Positions 9,331 through 19,415 of a stretch of DNA of 64,000 bases are shown piece by piece; the first letter of the stretch is position 1, and each line of letters opens with the position of its first letter. The position numbers were made by a program, and so were the translations under genes. The DNA is from Solirubrobacterales bacterium. Lineage in GTDB: Bacteria > Actinomycetota > Thermoleophilia > Solirubrobacterales > Solirubrobacteraceae. The notes below the pieces were generated by a model. That model ran no database searches. It saw only the letters and a program-made list of their open reading frames with translations, and was not told where the DNA came from. The stretch covers positions 3,074 through 67,073 of the forward strand of contig JAFAPR010000008.1 of NCBI GenBank assembly GCA_019247075.1. The letters run 5' to 3'.

Positions 9331-9400
9331 CGGCATTACTCCTGTGTGGTCGAGGGGTTCGTCATCAGCGCGACTCCTGTGGGTCGAGCGAGGGGAGGGC

Positions 9401-9493
9401 CATATAAAATATTTCACTCTCGCGGTGTGGTCAATGCTGGTGCGTCGCACCGTCGCCGAGGCTCCTTGACGAAGGCCATATTTTGTATATGAT
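9401..9493. promoter_or_regulatory. Divergent sigma70-type promoters with AT-rich candidate operators
   Basis: Plus strand TTGACG(9466)-16 nt-TATGAT(9488); minus strand TTGACC(9434)-17 nt-TATTTT; GCCATAT-AT-rich boxes near 9400 and 9475. Confidence 0.6.
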
Positions 9494-9620
9494 CGCGACG
9501 GCGGTGGCCAGGATCGCACCGGCGATCCACCCCGCGCGATCGACGGGACCGCTAATCGGCCACACCGGCAGTGACGACATCCATCTACACGACGTGAGGC
9601 CCGCACGAGGGGAGGGCACA

Positions 9621-11129
9621 GTGGATAACCCAGTCGCAGTTCACGGACCGGCGCCAGTCGGCGAAGAGTCCGCCGACGAGATCGGCCGCATCGAGGCACG
9701 CGGGATCGACTTCGTTCCGGAGAGCGACCGCCACTCGCGCCCACGCAACCTCGCCTGGGCGATGTTCGGGCCGCAATTCGGCTTCGGCAACATGGTTTTT
9801 GGGTCGCTCGGGATTGCGTTCGGCCTCAGCTGGTGGAGCACCTTTACGGCCGTGACGGTCGGGGTTGCGCTTGGTTCGCTGATCTTCGCGGGCGTGGCGA
9901 TCCAGTCGCCCAAGACCGGGACCAACAACGCGGTCTCAAGCGGCGCCTTCTTCGGCGTGACGGGTCGCTATCTGGGCTCGTTGATCAGCCTCTTCATCGG
10001 CCTCGCGTTCTTCGCGATTCTGGTCTGGACCTCGGGCCAGACGATCGTGGTGGTCTTCCACCGCATCTTCGGCAGCGGCACCGGCAACGTCGCGCTTTCA
10101 ATCGCGATGCTGGTGGTGATGCTGATCTCGTTCGCGCTCGCGATCTATGGCCACGCCACCCTGGTGGCCAGCTTCCGCTTCATCGCGATCGCCAGCGCGA
10201 GCGTTTCGCTGCTTGCGCTGATCGTTCTGTCCGGCAAGTTCCACGACGTGCATGGCGGGACCTACCTGCTTGGCAAGTACTGGCCGACCTGGGTGCTGAC
10301 GATGGTGCTAGCGGCGTCGCTTCCAATCTCGTGGGGGCCGTTCATTGGGGACTACGGCCGCTACATACCGACGAAGGCGAGAGCGACCACGTGTGCCCTT
10401 GCCGCGGGGCTGGGCATCTTCGCGGGCTGCTGGCTGTCCGAAATCATCGGGGCGTTCGCGGTCACGACCTTTCCGAATCCGGCCACCCCGTTCGCGACAG
10501 GCTTCACACAGGTATCCCCGCTGTGGTTCGCGATCCTTCTCATGATCGCGCCCGGCGGTCTGGCGAACATCGAGAGCGCAGCGATGTCCGTCTACAACGC
10601 CGCGCTCGACGTCCACGCCTTGGCCTGGCGCCTCACACGGGCGCAGCTGACCTTCATCATGAGCGCGATCGGGCTCGCCGCCGCATACATCGCGCTGATC
10701 GCCTTCAACGCGATCAACTCGATCGAGGCATTCGCAACGTTGATGCTCGTCACATGCACCCCGTGGATGGTGATCATGACCATCGGACACCTGATGCGGC
10801 GGGGGCGGTACGAGCCGATGGATCTGCAGGCGTTCGCGACTGGGGTGAAGAAGGGGATCTACTGGTTCACGGGCGGCTTCAACATCAGGGCGTTCGTAGC
10901 CTGGGGTGCCGCGGTTGCGGTGGGCATGCTGTTCACCTCGACAAGCATCATCACCGGGCCTCTCACTCCTCACGTGAGCGGGATCGACCTCAGCTTCACC
11001 AGCGCGGCGGTGGTGGGCGGAGTCCTCTACTACGCATTGGCCAAGCTGTTCCCCGAGCAGGGCGTGATGGTCGCCGCGCCTCCCCCGCAGGGTGAGGTGA
11101 CGGTGCCTCCCAGCGTGGCGCTCAAATAG
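9621..11129 (+). CDS. NCS1 / purine-cytosine permease family transporter
   Basis: IEARGIDFVPESDRH, SGAFFG..G, ISWGPFIGDYGRY, about 12 TM segments; GGAGG RBS before GTG 9621. Confidence 0.9.
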   Translation: MDNPVAVHGPAPVGEESADEIGRIEARGIDFVPESDRHSRPRNLAWAMFGPQFGFGNMVFGSLGIAFGLSWWSTFTAVTVGVALGSLIFAGVAIQSPKTGTNNAVSSGAFFGVTGRYLGSLISLFIGLAFFAILVWTSGQTIVVVFHRIFGSGTGNVALSIAMLVVMLISFALAIYGHATLVASFRFIAIASASVSLLALIVLSGKFHDVHGGTYLLGKYWPTWVLTMVLAASLPISWGPFIGDYGRYIPTKARATTCALAAGLGIFAGCWLSEIIGAFAVTTFPNPATPFATGFTQVSPLWFAILLMIAPGGLANIESAAMSVYNAALDVHALAWRLTRAQLTFIMSAIGLAAAYIALIAFNAINSIEAFATLMLVTCTPWMVIMTIGHLMRRGRYEPMDLQAFATGVKKGIYWFTGGFNIRAFVAWGAAVAVGMLFTSTSIITGPLTPHVSGIDLSFTSAAVVGGVLYYALAKLFPEQGVMVAAPPPQGEVTVPPSVALK

Positions 11130-11215
11130 GTAAGAGACTGGCCAGAGAACGCGATCCCGACCGCGGCGATCTGCCGCTGCTCGAGCACGCCAACGAACGG
11201 AAATACAGCGACGCG

Positions 11216-11803
11216 TTGCGGGCCTTGTGGCCGACGGCGATCGCCTGGGTCGAGCCCTACTACGACAGCGAGCATCTCAGACGGACGGTCGTTTGGCTGG
11301 TGCGACTGGATCCGGCCGCGACCGAGCCGCTGCTCGTTGCCGCGTTGACGCACGACATGGAGCGCCATTTCCCGGGTGGCACCCAGCCCCACAAGGCCGC
11401 GGGCGCCTGGGATGACCTGAAGTACAACACCCGGCACACGCGCCGGTCGGCAGACATCGTGTCGCGCTGGCTAAGGGCCCAGAGCGTGCCCGAGTCATTC
11501 GTCGAGCAGGTCACGCCTGCGATCCTGGAGCACGAGTTCGGCGGCTCCCCGAACGGCGACCTGATTCAGGCTGCTGACTCGCTGTCGTTCCTAGACACCA
11601 ACGTCGGACTGGTCGTCGCGTGGGTACTGAACGGAGAGACAACGCCTACGCACGCAAAACGAAAGCTCGAATGGATGTACGAACGCATACGCGTGCTCGA
11701 GGCCCGAGAGCTGGCGCGCCCCCTTTACGAGACGGCTTTGACCGCGGTGGACCGCGAGGTACACCGGTCCCTGGCAAAACGCCGGACCATCAGCGCCCGA
11801 TGA
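11216..11803 (+). CDS. HD-superfamily (DUF4202-like) protein; start uncertain (frame open upstream to about 11138)
   Basis: EHLRRT ... AALTHDMER ... HE ... ADSLSFL: H...HD...D metal pattern. Confidence 0.75.
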   Translation: MRALWPTAIAWVEPYYDSEHLRRTVVWLVRLDPAATEPLLVAALTHDMERHFPGGTQPHKAAGAWDDLKYNTRHTRRSADIVSRWLRAQSVPESFVEQVTPAILEHEFGGSPNGDLIQAADSLSFLDTNVGLVVAWVLNGETTPTHAKRKLEWMYERIRVLEARELARPLYETALTAVDREVHRSLAKRRTISAR

Positions 11804-12195
11804 GCCTCCAGCTCCACCGCACTCCGGCGGCTGGTGGCGGCAGCTACAGCGATGCAGTGGTCGTCGATATCGCGGGCGTGCGGTGGATACACGTGGCCGG
11901 CCAGACGCCCCAGGCGGCGCCGCCACACCCAGTGCCCACAGACGTCAGCGGACAGGCCCGGCTCTGCTTCCGCCAGATCGAGTCGATCCTGGCGCAATGG
12001 GACGCGAGCCTTACGGACGTCGTGCAGATCACGGTCTACCTGACGAGCCTCGAGGACTACGGAAGCTTCGCTTCGGTGCGCGCTGGAGTGTTTGGCAGCC
12101 GGCCGCCGGCAAGCGCGGCGGTCGGCGTCGCGTCTCTGCTCGATGACGCGCTCGTGGAAATTGCCGCGGTTGCGGTGACTACGCGGGAGGGCTAG
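11800..12195 (+). CDS. RidA/YjgF family enamine deaminase
   Basis: YS.AV, VAGQ, DVVQITVYL, PAS..VGV..L, VEIAAVA; ATGA overlap with the upstream gene. Confidence 0.88.
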   Translation: MSLQLHRTPAAGGGSYSDAVVVDIAGVRWIHVAGQTPQAAPPHPVPTDVSGQARLCFRQIESILAQWDASLTDVVQITVYLTSLEDYGSFASVRAGVFGSRPPASAAVGVASLLDDALVEIAAVAVTTREG

Positions 12196-13009
12196 CGGAG
12201 ACCCGCTGCAGGAAGCGCCTGGTCTCGGCGAGGAAGCGAGCGGCGTTGTCCCACGGGATCATGTGACCCGCGCCGGGGATACGGGCGACCTCGGCGTCGG
12301 GCCGTGTGTCCGTGACCTCTTGCAGCGCGGATTGGGGGACGACCGGGCTGTCGGCGCCATACATGAACAGCGCCGGCGGTTCGAGCTCTCGCAGGTACCC
12401 AAAGAAGTCCTCGCGATGGAAGTTCAACCACGATTCCCGCACCGCGTTTTCGTCGCAGGTCGGCAGCCACTGGGCGCGGAGCGCGAGGTGTTCGGGGGTC
12501 AGGGTCGGGAAGTACTTGAGCAACTCCTCGGGCGCCGCGCCGGAACCGGCAGCCTGCAGCTGGTCCATGAACGCTTCGAGCGACATCGGGTAGGTCCCGC
12601 GCCCGGGCCCGGTCAGCGGCGGGTCGGCGAGCACAACCGGGCCCGCCAGGCCTTGGTGAAGGACGCGCACCGCCGCTGCGATCCGCGCCCCCATCGAGTG
12701 GCCGACGAGTGCCGGTCGCTGTAATCCGAGCCGTTCGATCACCGCCTTCACATCGCCCGCGTAATCGGCAAGCGCGTAACCGGCGGTGGGGGTGTCCGAG
12801 AGTCCACGGCCCCTGACGTCGAGGGCGATCACGTGGTAGTCGCGCGCGAGGTCGAGCGAGACGAACTCCCACGTGGCTGCGGGACTCGTGATCCCCGGAA
12901 CGATGACGACCGGCGCCCCTGCGGCACCGTATTCGAGGTGATGGAGCCTCAGGCCATCGCGGTCGACATAACCGCTCTTGCCGACCGGTTTGGTGCCGGC
13001 GAGCGGCAT
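12179..13009 (-). CDS. nicD: N-formylmaleamate deformylase (alpha/beta hydrolase)
   Basis: PGITSPAATW, DVRGRGLSD, GHSMG, DPPLTGPGR, AGHMIPWD; maleamate-pathway context. Confidence 0.88.
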   Translation of the reverse strand: MPLAGTKPVGKSGYVDRDGLRLHHLEYGAAGAPVVIVPGITSPAATWEFVSLDLARDYHVIALDVRGRGLSDTPTAGYALADYAGDVKAVIERLGLQRPALVGHSMGARIAAAVRVLHQGLAGPVVLADPPLTGPGRGTYPMSLEAFMDQLQAAGSGAAPEELLKYFPTLTPEHLALRAQWLPTCDENAVRESWLNFHREDFFGYLRELEPPALFMYGADSPVVPQSALQEVTDTRPDAEVARIPGAGHMIPWDNAARFLAETRRFLQRVSASPPA

Positions 13010-13729
13010 TCAGCTCGCGGCGGGTGCCTCGGCGAGCTCGCTCGCGAAAGCGTTGAGCCGCGCCATCACCGTCTCGAGCGGCTCCACGTCGGCGTACTTC
13101 GAGTCCATGTCGAATATGTTCGAATCGTGCGGGCCAGCGGCGCGGTCCCCGACACACTCGGCCGGCACGATCGTCCGGAACCCCCAGGAGACGGCGTCGA
13201 CCACGCTCGCGCGCACGCACCCGCTGGTGACACATCCGGTGACGATCAGCGAATCAACGCTGGCACCGAGCAGGAATGAGATCAGCGACGTCCCAAAAAA
13301 CGCTGAGGCGGCCTGCTTCCCGAAGACAGGCTCTCCCGGTTCGGGTTTCACGCGCTCGTCAATGTCGCACCACCGTGACCCCTCAATAAGCGAGGCGAGG
13401 CCTGGCATTTTCCTTAGCCACACCAGCCGTTCCAGGTGACTCTGCTGGAACGTGACCGCGGTGAAAGCGACCGGAAGGCCGATGCGTCGGGCACCGCTCA
13501 GCAGCGATGCCGTCGCCGCGATTACCTCATCGAGATTGCCTCCTAGCGGGCTGGTCTCCTCCGTGAACCCGTACTGAAGGTCCACCACGAGAACCGCGGG
13601 GCGATCGCCAAGGCCAACCCGGCCCCCAATCCCGCTGCGCGAATAGATCGCACGCGCGTCGTCCAGGCGCGCGTCGCCGGTTAGCCGGCTGCCATCGTAC
13701 TCCTGAGGTGCTGGCACTTGACCGGCCAC
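13010..13729 (-). CDS. nicF: Maleamate amidohydrolase (isochorismatase family)
   Basis: VVDLQ.GFT, K...SAFFGT, GCVTSGCVRASVVDA, CVGDR, KYADV; context. Confidence 0.85.
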   Translation of the reverse strand: MAGQVPAPQEYDGSRLTGDARLDDARAIYSRSGIGGRVGLGDRPAVLVVDLQYGFTEETSPLGGNLDEVIAATASLLSGARRIGLPVAFTAVTFQQSHLERLVWLRKMPGLASLIEGSRWCDIDERVKPEPGEPVFGKQAASAFFGTSLISFLLGASVDSLIVTGCVTSGCVRASVVDAVSWGFRTIVPAECVGDRAAGPHDSNIFDMDSKYADVEPLETVMARLNAFASELAEAPAAS

Positions 13730-13825
13730 GGCATCTATTATATATCAAACACCGAAATGTCGAGCTTCTGCGCGGCTGAGCGAGGTTTCGGCGCGGGCGA
13801 GGCGAGGTTTTTGGCGCGAGCCAGA

Positions 13826-13853
13826 CCGCTGAGGACTCGCCGCTGAGGACTCG
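13826..13853 (+). repeat. Perfect 14-bp tandem repeat CCGCTGAGGACTCG x2 in the nicF-gntR intergenic region
   Basis: Copies at 13826 and 13840. Confidence 0.75.
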
Positions 13854-13915
13854 ACTGCGAGGCGGCCGGAGTCAGCGGGCGGCCGAGCCGTGGGGGAATC
13901 GCGATATAGCATCCA

Positions 13916-14626
13916 TTGAGCACCTTGAGCGCAACAGAATCCGATACCGGCGAGCTGGTCCCGGCCTCGCCGATCGACCTTCCGTCGATCCCGGACGTCA
14001 TCTACCACCAGCTCCGCCGCGACATCGGACGAGGCGTGTACCGCCCGGGACCAATCCGGATCCGACCGCTGGCGGAGCGCTTCGGGGTCAGCGCCACCCC
14101 CGTGAGAGAGGCGCTCCGCAGGCTCGAGGCAGAGGGTCTCGTCACGCTTCGCAAGAACCAGATTGTGGTCAACTCGCTGTCCGAGACCGAACTGCGCGAG
14201 ATCTTCGCGATCCGGGCGGAGCTGGAGGTGTTCGCATTGCGAAGAGGGGCCGAGAAGGTCCGGAAGGACCCGAGGCTGCTCGCGGAGCTCGAGTCGCAGG
14301 TGGCCACGATGGACCTGTACGACCACGACCCCGAGGACTGGCGCGCCGCCAACGAGAGCTTCCACATGAAGATCTATCACGCCGCCGGGATGCCGCGGCT
14401 GTCCTCGATGATCGACTCGCTGTGGATCGCGGTCGAGCCGTACCTGCGGTTGTACGTGTCGACGGCGGGCAGTTTCCGCGCCAGTCAGGAGCAACATCGC
14501 TCGATCCTTGACCACCTGCGCTCGGGACGCGCCAAGGCGGCGGCCGACGTGTTGCGAAAGCACTTGCAGGAGACGGAGGAGATCGTCGCGAAGGGCATAA
14601 ACAGCGCGGGTGCCGACGAGGGATAG
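13916..14626 (+). CDS. GntR family regulator (FCD domain)
   Basis: LAERFGVSATPVREALRRLEAEGLV HTH; N..FH, EQH..I, H in FCD. Confidence 0.93.
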   Translation: MSTLSATESDTGELVPASPIDLPSIPDVIYHQLRRDIGRGVYRPGPIRIRPLAERFGVSATPVREALRRLEAEGLVTLRKNQIVVNSLSETELREIFAIRAELEVFALRRGAEKVRKDPRLLAELESQVATMDLYDHDPEDWRAANESFHMKIYHAAGMPRLSSMIDSLWIAVEPYLRLYVSTAGSFRASQEQHRSILDHLRSGRAKAAADVLRKHLQETEEIVAKGINSAGADEG

Positions 14627-14630
14627 GACC

Positions 14631-16457
14631 GTGGGCGCGACGCAGGCAGCACCGGGGTTCCTCAGCCCGTTCGCCGTGGAGGCACCGCCGGGAGCCGAGG
14701 GATGGGAGCGGCTGTACCCCTACTACTACCTGTTCAGCGAGCCCCGGCGCAAGTTCGAGGAGGAGAAGTTCTGGTTCTTCGACGGGATGCACAACCCGGA
14801 GCCCGTGTATCCCTTCGACACGATCATGACGGAGAGCTGGTGGGTGGCGCTCAACCAGTTCGGGACCCGCGTCTACGTGATTCCGCCGGCACTCGGGATC
14901 GACCAGCGGATCGTCAACGGCTATCTGTACATCAGCCCCAACTCGATCACCGACCCTGAGCTGATCGCGGAGCGCGCAGAACTGTTCAAGCGGCGGGCCG
15001 GTCACTACTACGAGAACTGGGGCGAGATCTACGACAACTGGATCGCGAAGGCTGAGGACTGTATCCGCCGGCTTCGCGACCTCGAGATCCGGGACCTGCC
15101 CGAGGTCGAGCCCGAGCCGGCCGTGTTCTCACACCGCGGGCTGACTACGAGCTACGACCTGCTCGCCACCTACAACAGGCTGATCGAAAACATGCAGGAG
15201 ATGGCGTACTACCACTTCGAGATGCTGGGTCTCGGGTACGCCGCATACCTGACATTCCGCGACTTCTGTCAGACAGCCTTCCCGGGCATCACGGATCAGG
15301 CGATCTCAAAGATGGTCGCCGGAATCGACATCCTGTTCTTCAGGCCCGACGATGAGGTGCGCAAGCTCTCAAAGCTCGCGATCGAGCTAGATCTTGCCGG
15401 CCTGATAGTCGCCGACCACGACCCCTCCGCGACCCTCGCAGCGATCCGCGAGGCTCCGGAGGGCGAGCGCTGGCTCGATGCCTTCGAGAGCGCCAAGGAG
15501 CCCTGGTTCTGGTTTTCGACAGGCCCGGGTTACTCACATGAACACCGGGCTTGGATGGACGACCTCAGGCTCCCCTTCAACGCGATGCGCGGTTACATCG
15601 AGAAGCTGCACGCCGGCGAGGACATCTCGCGCCCACTCGAATCGATCCGCAACGAGAGCGAGCGTATCTTCGCCGAGTACCGCGACATCCTCGGTCCCGG
15701 CGACCGCGAGGCGTTCATCGAGATGCGCGAGCTCGCTCGCACGGTGTACCCGTTCGTCGAGAACCACAACTTCTACGTCGAGCACTGGCACCACTCGATC
15801 TTCTGGAACCGAGTCCGGGAGTTCGGGCAGATCCTCGTGAACGGTGGCTTCCTCGGGGACGCCGAGGACATCTTCTTCTTGCACCGGTTCGAGATCCACG
15901 ACGCTCTTTACGACCTCTGCACCGGCTGGGCGACCGGAACCCTGGCACGAGGTCCCACCTACTGGCCGGACGAGGTCGCCGAACGTAAGCGGATCATGCA
16001 GGTTTTGCGCGAGTGGTCGCCGCCGCCGGCGCTGGGGGTGGCGCCGGCCGAGATAACAGAACCCTTCACCGTGATGCTATTCGGCGTCACGACCGAGACC
16101 GTCAAGCAGTGGCTGGGCGGAGAGGCGCGCGACTCCGATCACCTGCGCGGGATCGCCGCCTCGCCCGGCGTCGCCGAGGGGCCGGCACGGGTCATAACGT
16201 CGGTTGGGCAGCTCGACAAGGTGCAAGCGGGCGAGATTCTCGTGTGCCCGATCACGGCGCCGAGCTGGGCGCCGGTGTTTGCGCGGATCGGCGCCGCGGT
16301 GTCCGATATCGGCGGCATCATGTCGCACGCGGCGATCGTCTCGCGTGAATACGGATTGCCGGCGGTTGTGGGGACTGGGTTCGGAACCAAGCGGATCCGG
16401 ACCGGTCAGCGGGTCCGCGTCGACGGTGACCACGGCACCGTCGCCGTCATCCACTGA
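14631..16457 (+). CDS. PEP-utilising His-phosphocarrier protein (phenylphosphate synthase A-like), paralog 1
   Basis: C-terminal swivelling domain GIAASPG...TAPSW...GGIMSHAAIVSREYGLPAVVG; large helical N-terminal domain. Confidence 0.9.
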   Translation: MGATQAAPGFLSPFAVEAPPGAEGWERLYPYYYLFSEPRRKFEEEKFWFFDGMHNPEPVYPFDTIMTESWWVALNQFGTRVYVIPPALGIDQRIVNGYLYISPNSITDPELIAERAELFKRRAGHYYENWGEIYDNWIAKAEDCIRRLRDLEIRDLPEVEPEPAVFSHRGLTTSYDLLATYNRLIENMQEMAYYHFEMLGLGYAAYLTFRDFCQTAFPGITDQAISKMVAGIDILFFRPDDEVRKLSKLAIELDLAGLIVADHDPSATLAAIREAPEGERWLDAFESAKEPWFWFSTGPGYSHEHRAWMDDLRLPFNAMRGYIEKLHAGEDISRPLESIRNESERIFAEYRDILGPGDREAFIEMRELARTVYPFVENHNFYVEHWHHSIFWNRVREFGQILVNGGFLGDAEDIFFLHRFEIHDALYDLCTGWATGTLARGPTYWPDEVAERKRIMQVLREWSPPPALGVAPAEITEPFTVMLFGVTTETVKQWLGGEARDSDHLRGIAASPGVAEGPARVITSVGQLDKVQAGEILVCPITAPSWAPVFARIGAAVSDIGGIMSHAAIVSREYGLPAVVGTGFGTKRIRTGQRVRVDGDHGTVAVIH

Positions 16458-17481
16458 GTTCCGAACGAACGATCCGCGCGCCCTCCACGAGCGCCCGTAG
16501 CTTGGCCCGCGCCAGCTCGCGCGGCAGGTATTTCATCCCGCAGTCTGGGCCGACGCTCAGCCTCTCCGCCGGGAGGTAACGGAGCGCGGCTCGGATCCGG
16601 TTCGCGACCACCGCTGGGGACTCCGCCTCCGGATCGCCGAGGTCGAGCACTCCAAGGACGATCTGCTTGTTCGGAAGTTGCTCCAGAATCGAGAGATCGA
16701 GGCGCGGCTGAGCGGCTTCTAGGCAGATCTGCTCGGCGGCACACCCGTCGAGCTCCGCCAGAAACGAGTAGCCGCTTGCGCGCTTTTTAACGATCGCGGC
16801 GTAGCCGAAGCAGGTGTGGAGAGCGGTCTCGGCCTCGATTCCATCTAGCGCGCAATTGAGGGCGGGAAGCGCGAACTCGCGGGCCGCGTCCGGCCGCGCC
16901 TGGAGATACGGCTCGTCGATCTGAACGATGTCTGCTCCCGCGGCGACGGCGTCGCGCAGCTCGGCGTTGACTGCCGCAGCGTAGTCGAGCGCCATCGTGG
17001 CGAGATCGTCGTAGTAGTCGTTCTGGGCCTGCTGGGTCATCGTGAACGGCCCGGGAACCGTGACCCGGATGCGCCGATCTGTAAGCCCGCGCAGGAACTC
17101 GACGTCGCGCTTCTGGACCGGGCGCGCCCGCCTGATGGGACCGACCACACGCGGGACCGGATTCGGATGCCCGGTCCGGTCGAGCGCGGTACCGGGGTTC
17201 TCGAGATCGACCCCATCGAGCGCGGTCGCGAAGCGATTTGAGTAGCTCTCGCGCCGGATCTCCCCGTCCGTGATCACGTCGATCCCGATCTGCTCCTGGT
17301 CGTGGATCGCCAGGGCGGTGGCATCGTCCTGCGCCTGCTCGCGGAACGGTTCGTCAATACGCCACAGCTCCCGAGCCGCTACTCGGGGAGGGAGTCGGGA
17401 ATGCAAGCGCTCGCGATCGATCAGCCAATCAGGCTGCGGATAGCTGCCGATGACCGTCGTTTGGAGGATCGCTGCGCTCAC
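16447..17481 (-). CDS. Cobalamin-independent methionine synthase II (core MetE / XecA-like) Zn enzyme
   Basis: TTVIGSYPQP, ITDGEIRR, IQIDEP-like IVQIDEP, Zn ligands HTCFG and PDCGMK; no N-terminal folate-binding barrel. Confidence 0.88.
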   Translation of the reverse strand: MSAAILQTTVIGSYPQPDWLIDRERLHSRLPPRVAARELWRIDEPFREQAQDDATALAIHDQEQIGIDVITDGEIRRESYSNRFATALDGVDLENPGTALDRTGHPNPVPRVVGPIRRARPVQKRDVEFLRGLTDRRIRVTVPGPFTMTQQAQNDYYDDLATMALDYAAAVNAELRDAVAAGADIVQIDEPYLQARPDAAREFALPALNCALDGIEAETALHTCFGYAAIVKKRASGYSFLAELDGCAAEQICLEAAQPRLDLSILEQLPNKQIVLGVLDLGDPEAESPAVVANRIRAALRYLPAERLSVGPDCGMKYLPRELARAKLRALVEGARIVRSELSG

Positions 17482-17568
17482 GCCCGTTCCCAGATTTCAA
17501 ATATAATAGTTGGATACGGGCCCTGGTGACGCTTCGCCCGGCCTGACGCGACCAGAAAGGCGAAAGCG

Positions 17569-19415
17569 ATGACGACGACGCCTCTTGAACGCCGTTTTCC
17601 GAGCCCCTTCGAGGTGGAGGCTCCGCGGGGACGGAAGACTGGCGCCGCCTGTACCCCTACTACTACCTCTTCAGCGACGAGCGCCGGGAGTTCGAGGAGG
17701 AGAAGTTCTGGTTCTTCGACGGGATGCATAACCCCGAGCCGGTGTATCCCTTCGACACGATCATGCCCGAGAGCTGGTGGGTGATGCTCAACCAGTTTTT
17801 GACCCGTGTGTGGCCGGTGCCGCCCGCGCTGGGCATCGATCAGAGGATCGTCAACGGCTACCTGTACGTGAGCCCCACTGCGATCACGGATGAGGCGGTC
17901 ATCGAAGCGCGCGTACCGCAATTCCTCGAGCGGGCTGGTTACTACTACGAGAACTGGGACGAGATTTACGAGCACTGGATCGAGAAGGCGGAAGACTGCA
18001 TCAGGCGACTGCGGGCGATCGAGTTTGACCCGCTGCCCGAGATGGAGCCGATGGAGACCGTCACGTCGAGGAGGGGGACGACATCGGCCTGGGATCTGAT
18101 CGCGCGCTACGACAGGCTGCTCGAGAACATGCACGAGATGGCCTGTTACCACTTTGAGCTCCACATGCTCGGCTACGGGGCGTTGATGACGTTCTCGGAC
18201 TTCTGCAAGAACGCGTTCCCGGGCATTCCAGATCAGACCATCGCGAAGATGGTGGGTGGGGTCGACATCCTGTTCTTCCGGCCCGACGACGAGCTGCGCA
18301 AGCTCGCGCGGCTCGCGCTCGAACTGGGCGTCGACGATGCGCTCGTCGACAACGAGGATCCGCAGCGGGCGCTGAGCGCGATCTCGGACGCCCCGAACGG
18401 CGAGCAGTGGCTCGACGCGTTCGAGGGTGCGAAGGAGCCGTGGTTCTGGTTCTCGACCGGTCCGGGCTACTGCCACCAGCACCGCGCCTGGATCGATGAC
18501 CTAACGGTCCCGTTCAGCGCGATCCGCGGTTACCTCGAGAAGCTGAGGGAGGGCGCGAATATCGACAGGCCGCTGGCGGAGATCTTGAGCGAGCGCGAGC
18601 GGATCGTGAACGAGTACAGCGAACTGCTGCCCACCGACAACGACCGCGACGCGTTCCGGCAGGTACTCGACCTGGCCCGCAAGGTATACCCGTTGGTCGA
18701 GAACCACAACTTCTACGTCGAGCACTGGCACCACTCCATCTTCTGGAACAAGGTCCGCGACCTCGGTGCAGTGTTCGAAGCGTTCGGTTATCTCACCGAC
18801 TCAGACGACATCTTCTTCCTGCACCGCTACGAGGTGCATCAGGCGCTGTACGACATGCTCACGGGCTGGGCCACGACGAATCCGGCCCGCGGCGGTCACT
18901 GGCGCGAGGAGGTCGAGGTCAGAAAGCAGATCCTCGACAAGCTGCGTTCGTGGGCGCCCCCGCCGGCGCTCGGCAAGCCGCCCGAGGCGGTCACCGAGGC
19001 GGCAACCGTGATGCTGTGGGGGATCACGACCGATATGGTCGAGCAATGGCTCGGCGCGCAGGACGGCCACGGGGAGGACGGTCCCGGCCGGGGCGAACTG
19101 CATGGCTTCGCCGCTTCTCCCGGCGTGGCCGAGGGGCTGGCACGCGTCATCACGTCGGTCGACCAGCTGGCCCGAGTGCGTAGCGGCGAGATCCTCGTGT
19201 GTCCCATAACCGCCCCCAGCTGGGCGCCCGTGTTCTCACGCATCCAAGGGGCCGTGTCGGACATCGGCGGCATCATGTCTCACGCCGCGATCATCTCGCG
19301 CGAGTACGGGCTTCCGGCGGTGGTGGGGACCGGGTTCGGGACTAAACGCATCCTCGACGGCCAACGCGTCAGGGTCGACGGAAACAGCGGCGTCGTCACC
19401 GTGCTGGATACATGA
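17569..19415 (+). CDS. PEP-utilising His-phosphocarrier protein, paralog 2 (frameshift at about 17627-17630)
   Basis: N-terminus MTTTPLERRFPSPFEVEAP joins W..LYPYYYLFS..EEEKFWFFDGMHNPEP if one G is added in GGGG; GGIMSHAAIISREYG; highly similar to paralog 1. Confidence 0.88.
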
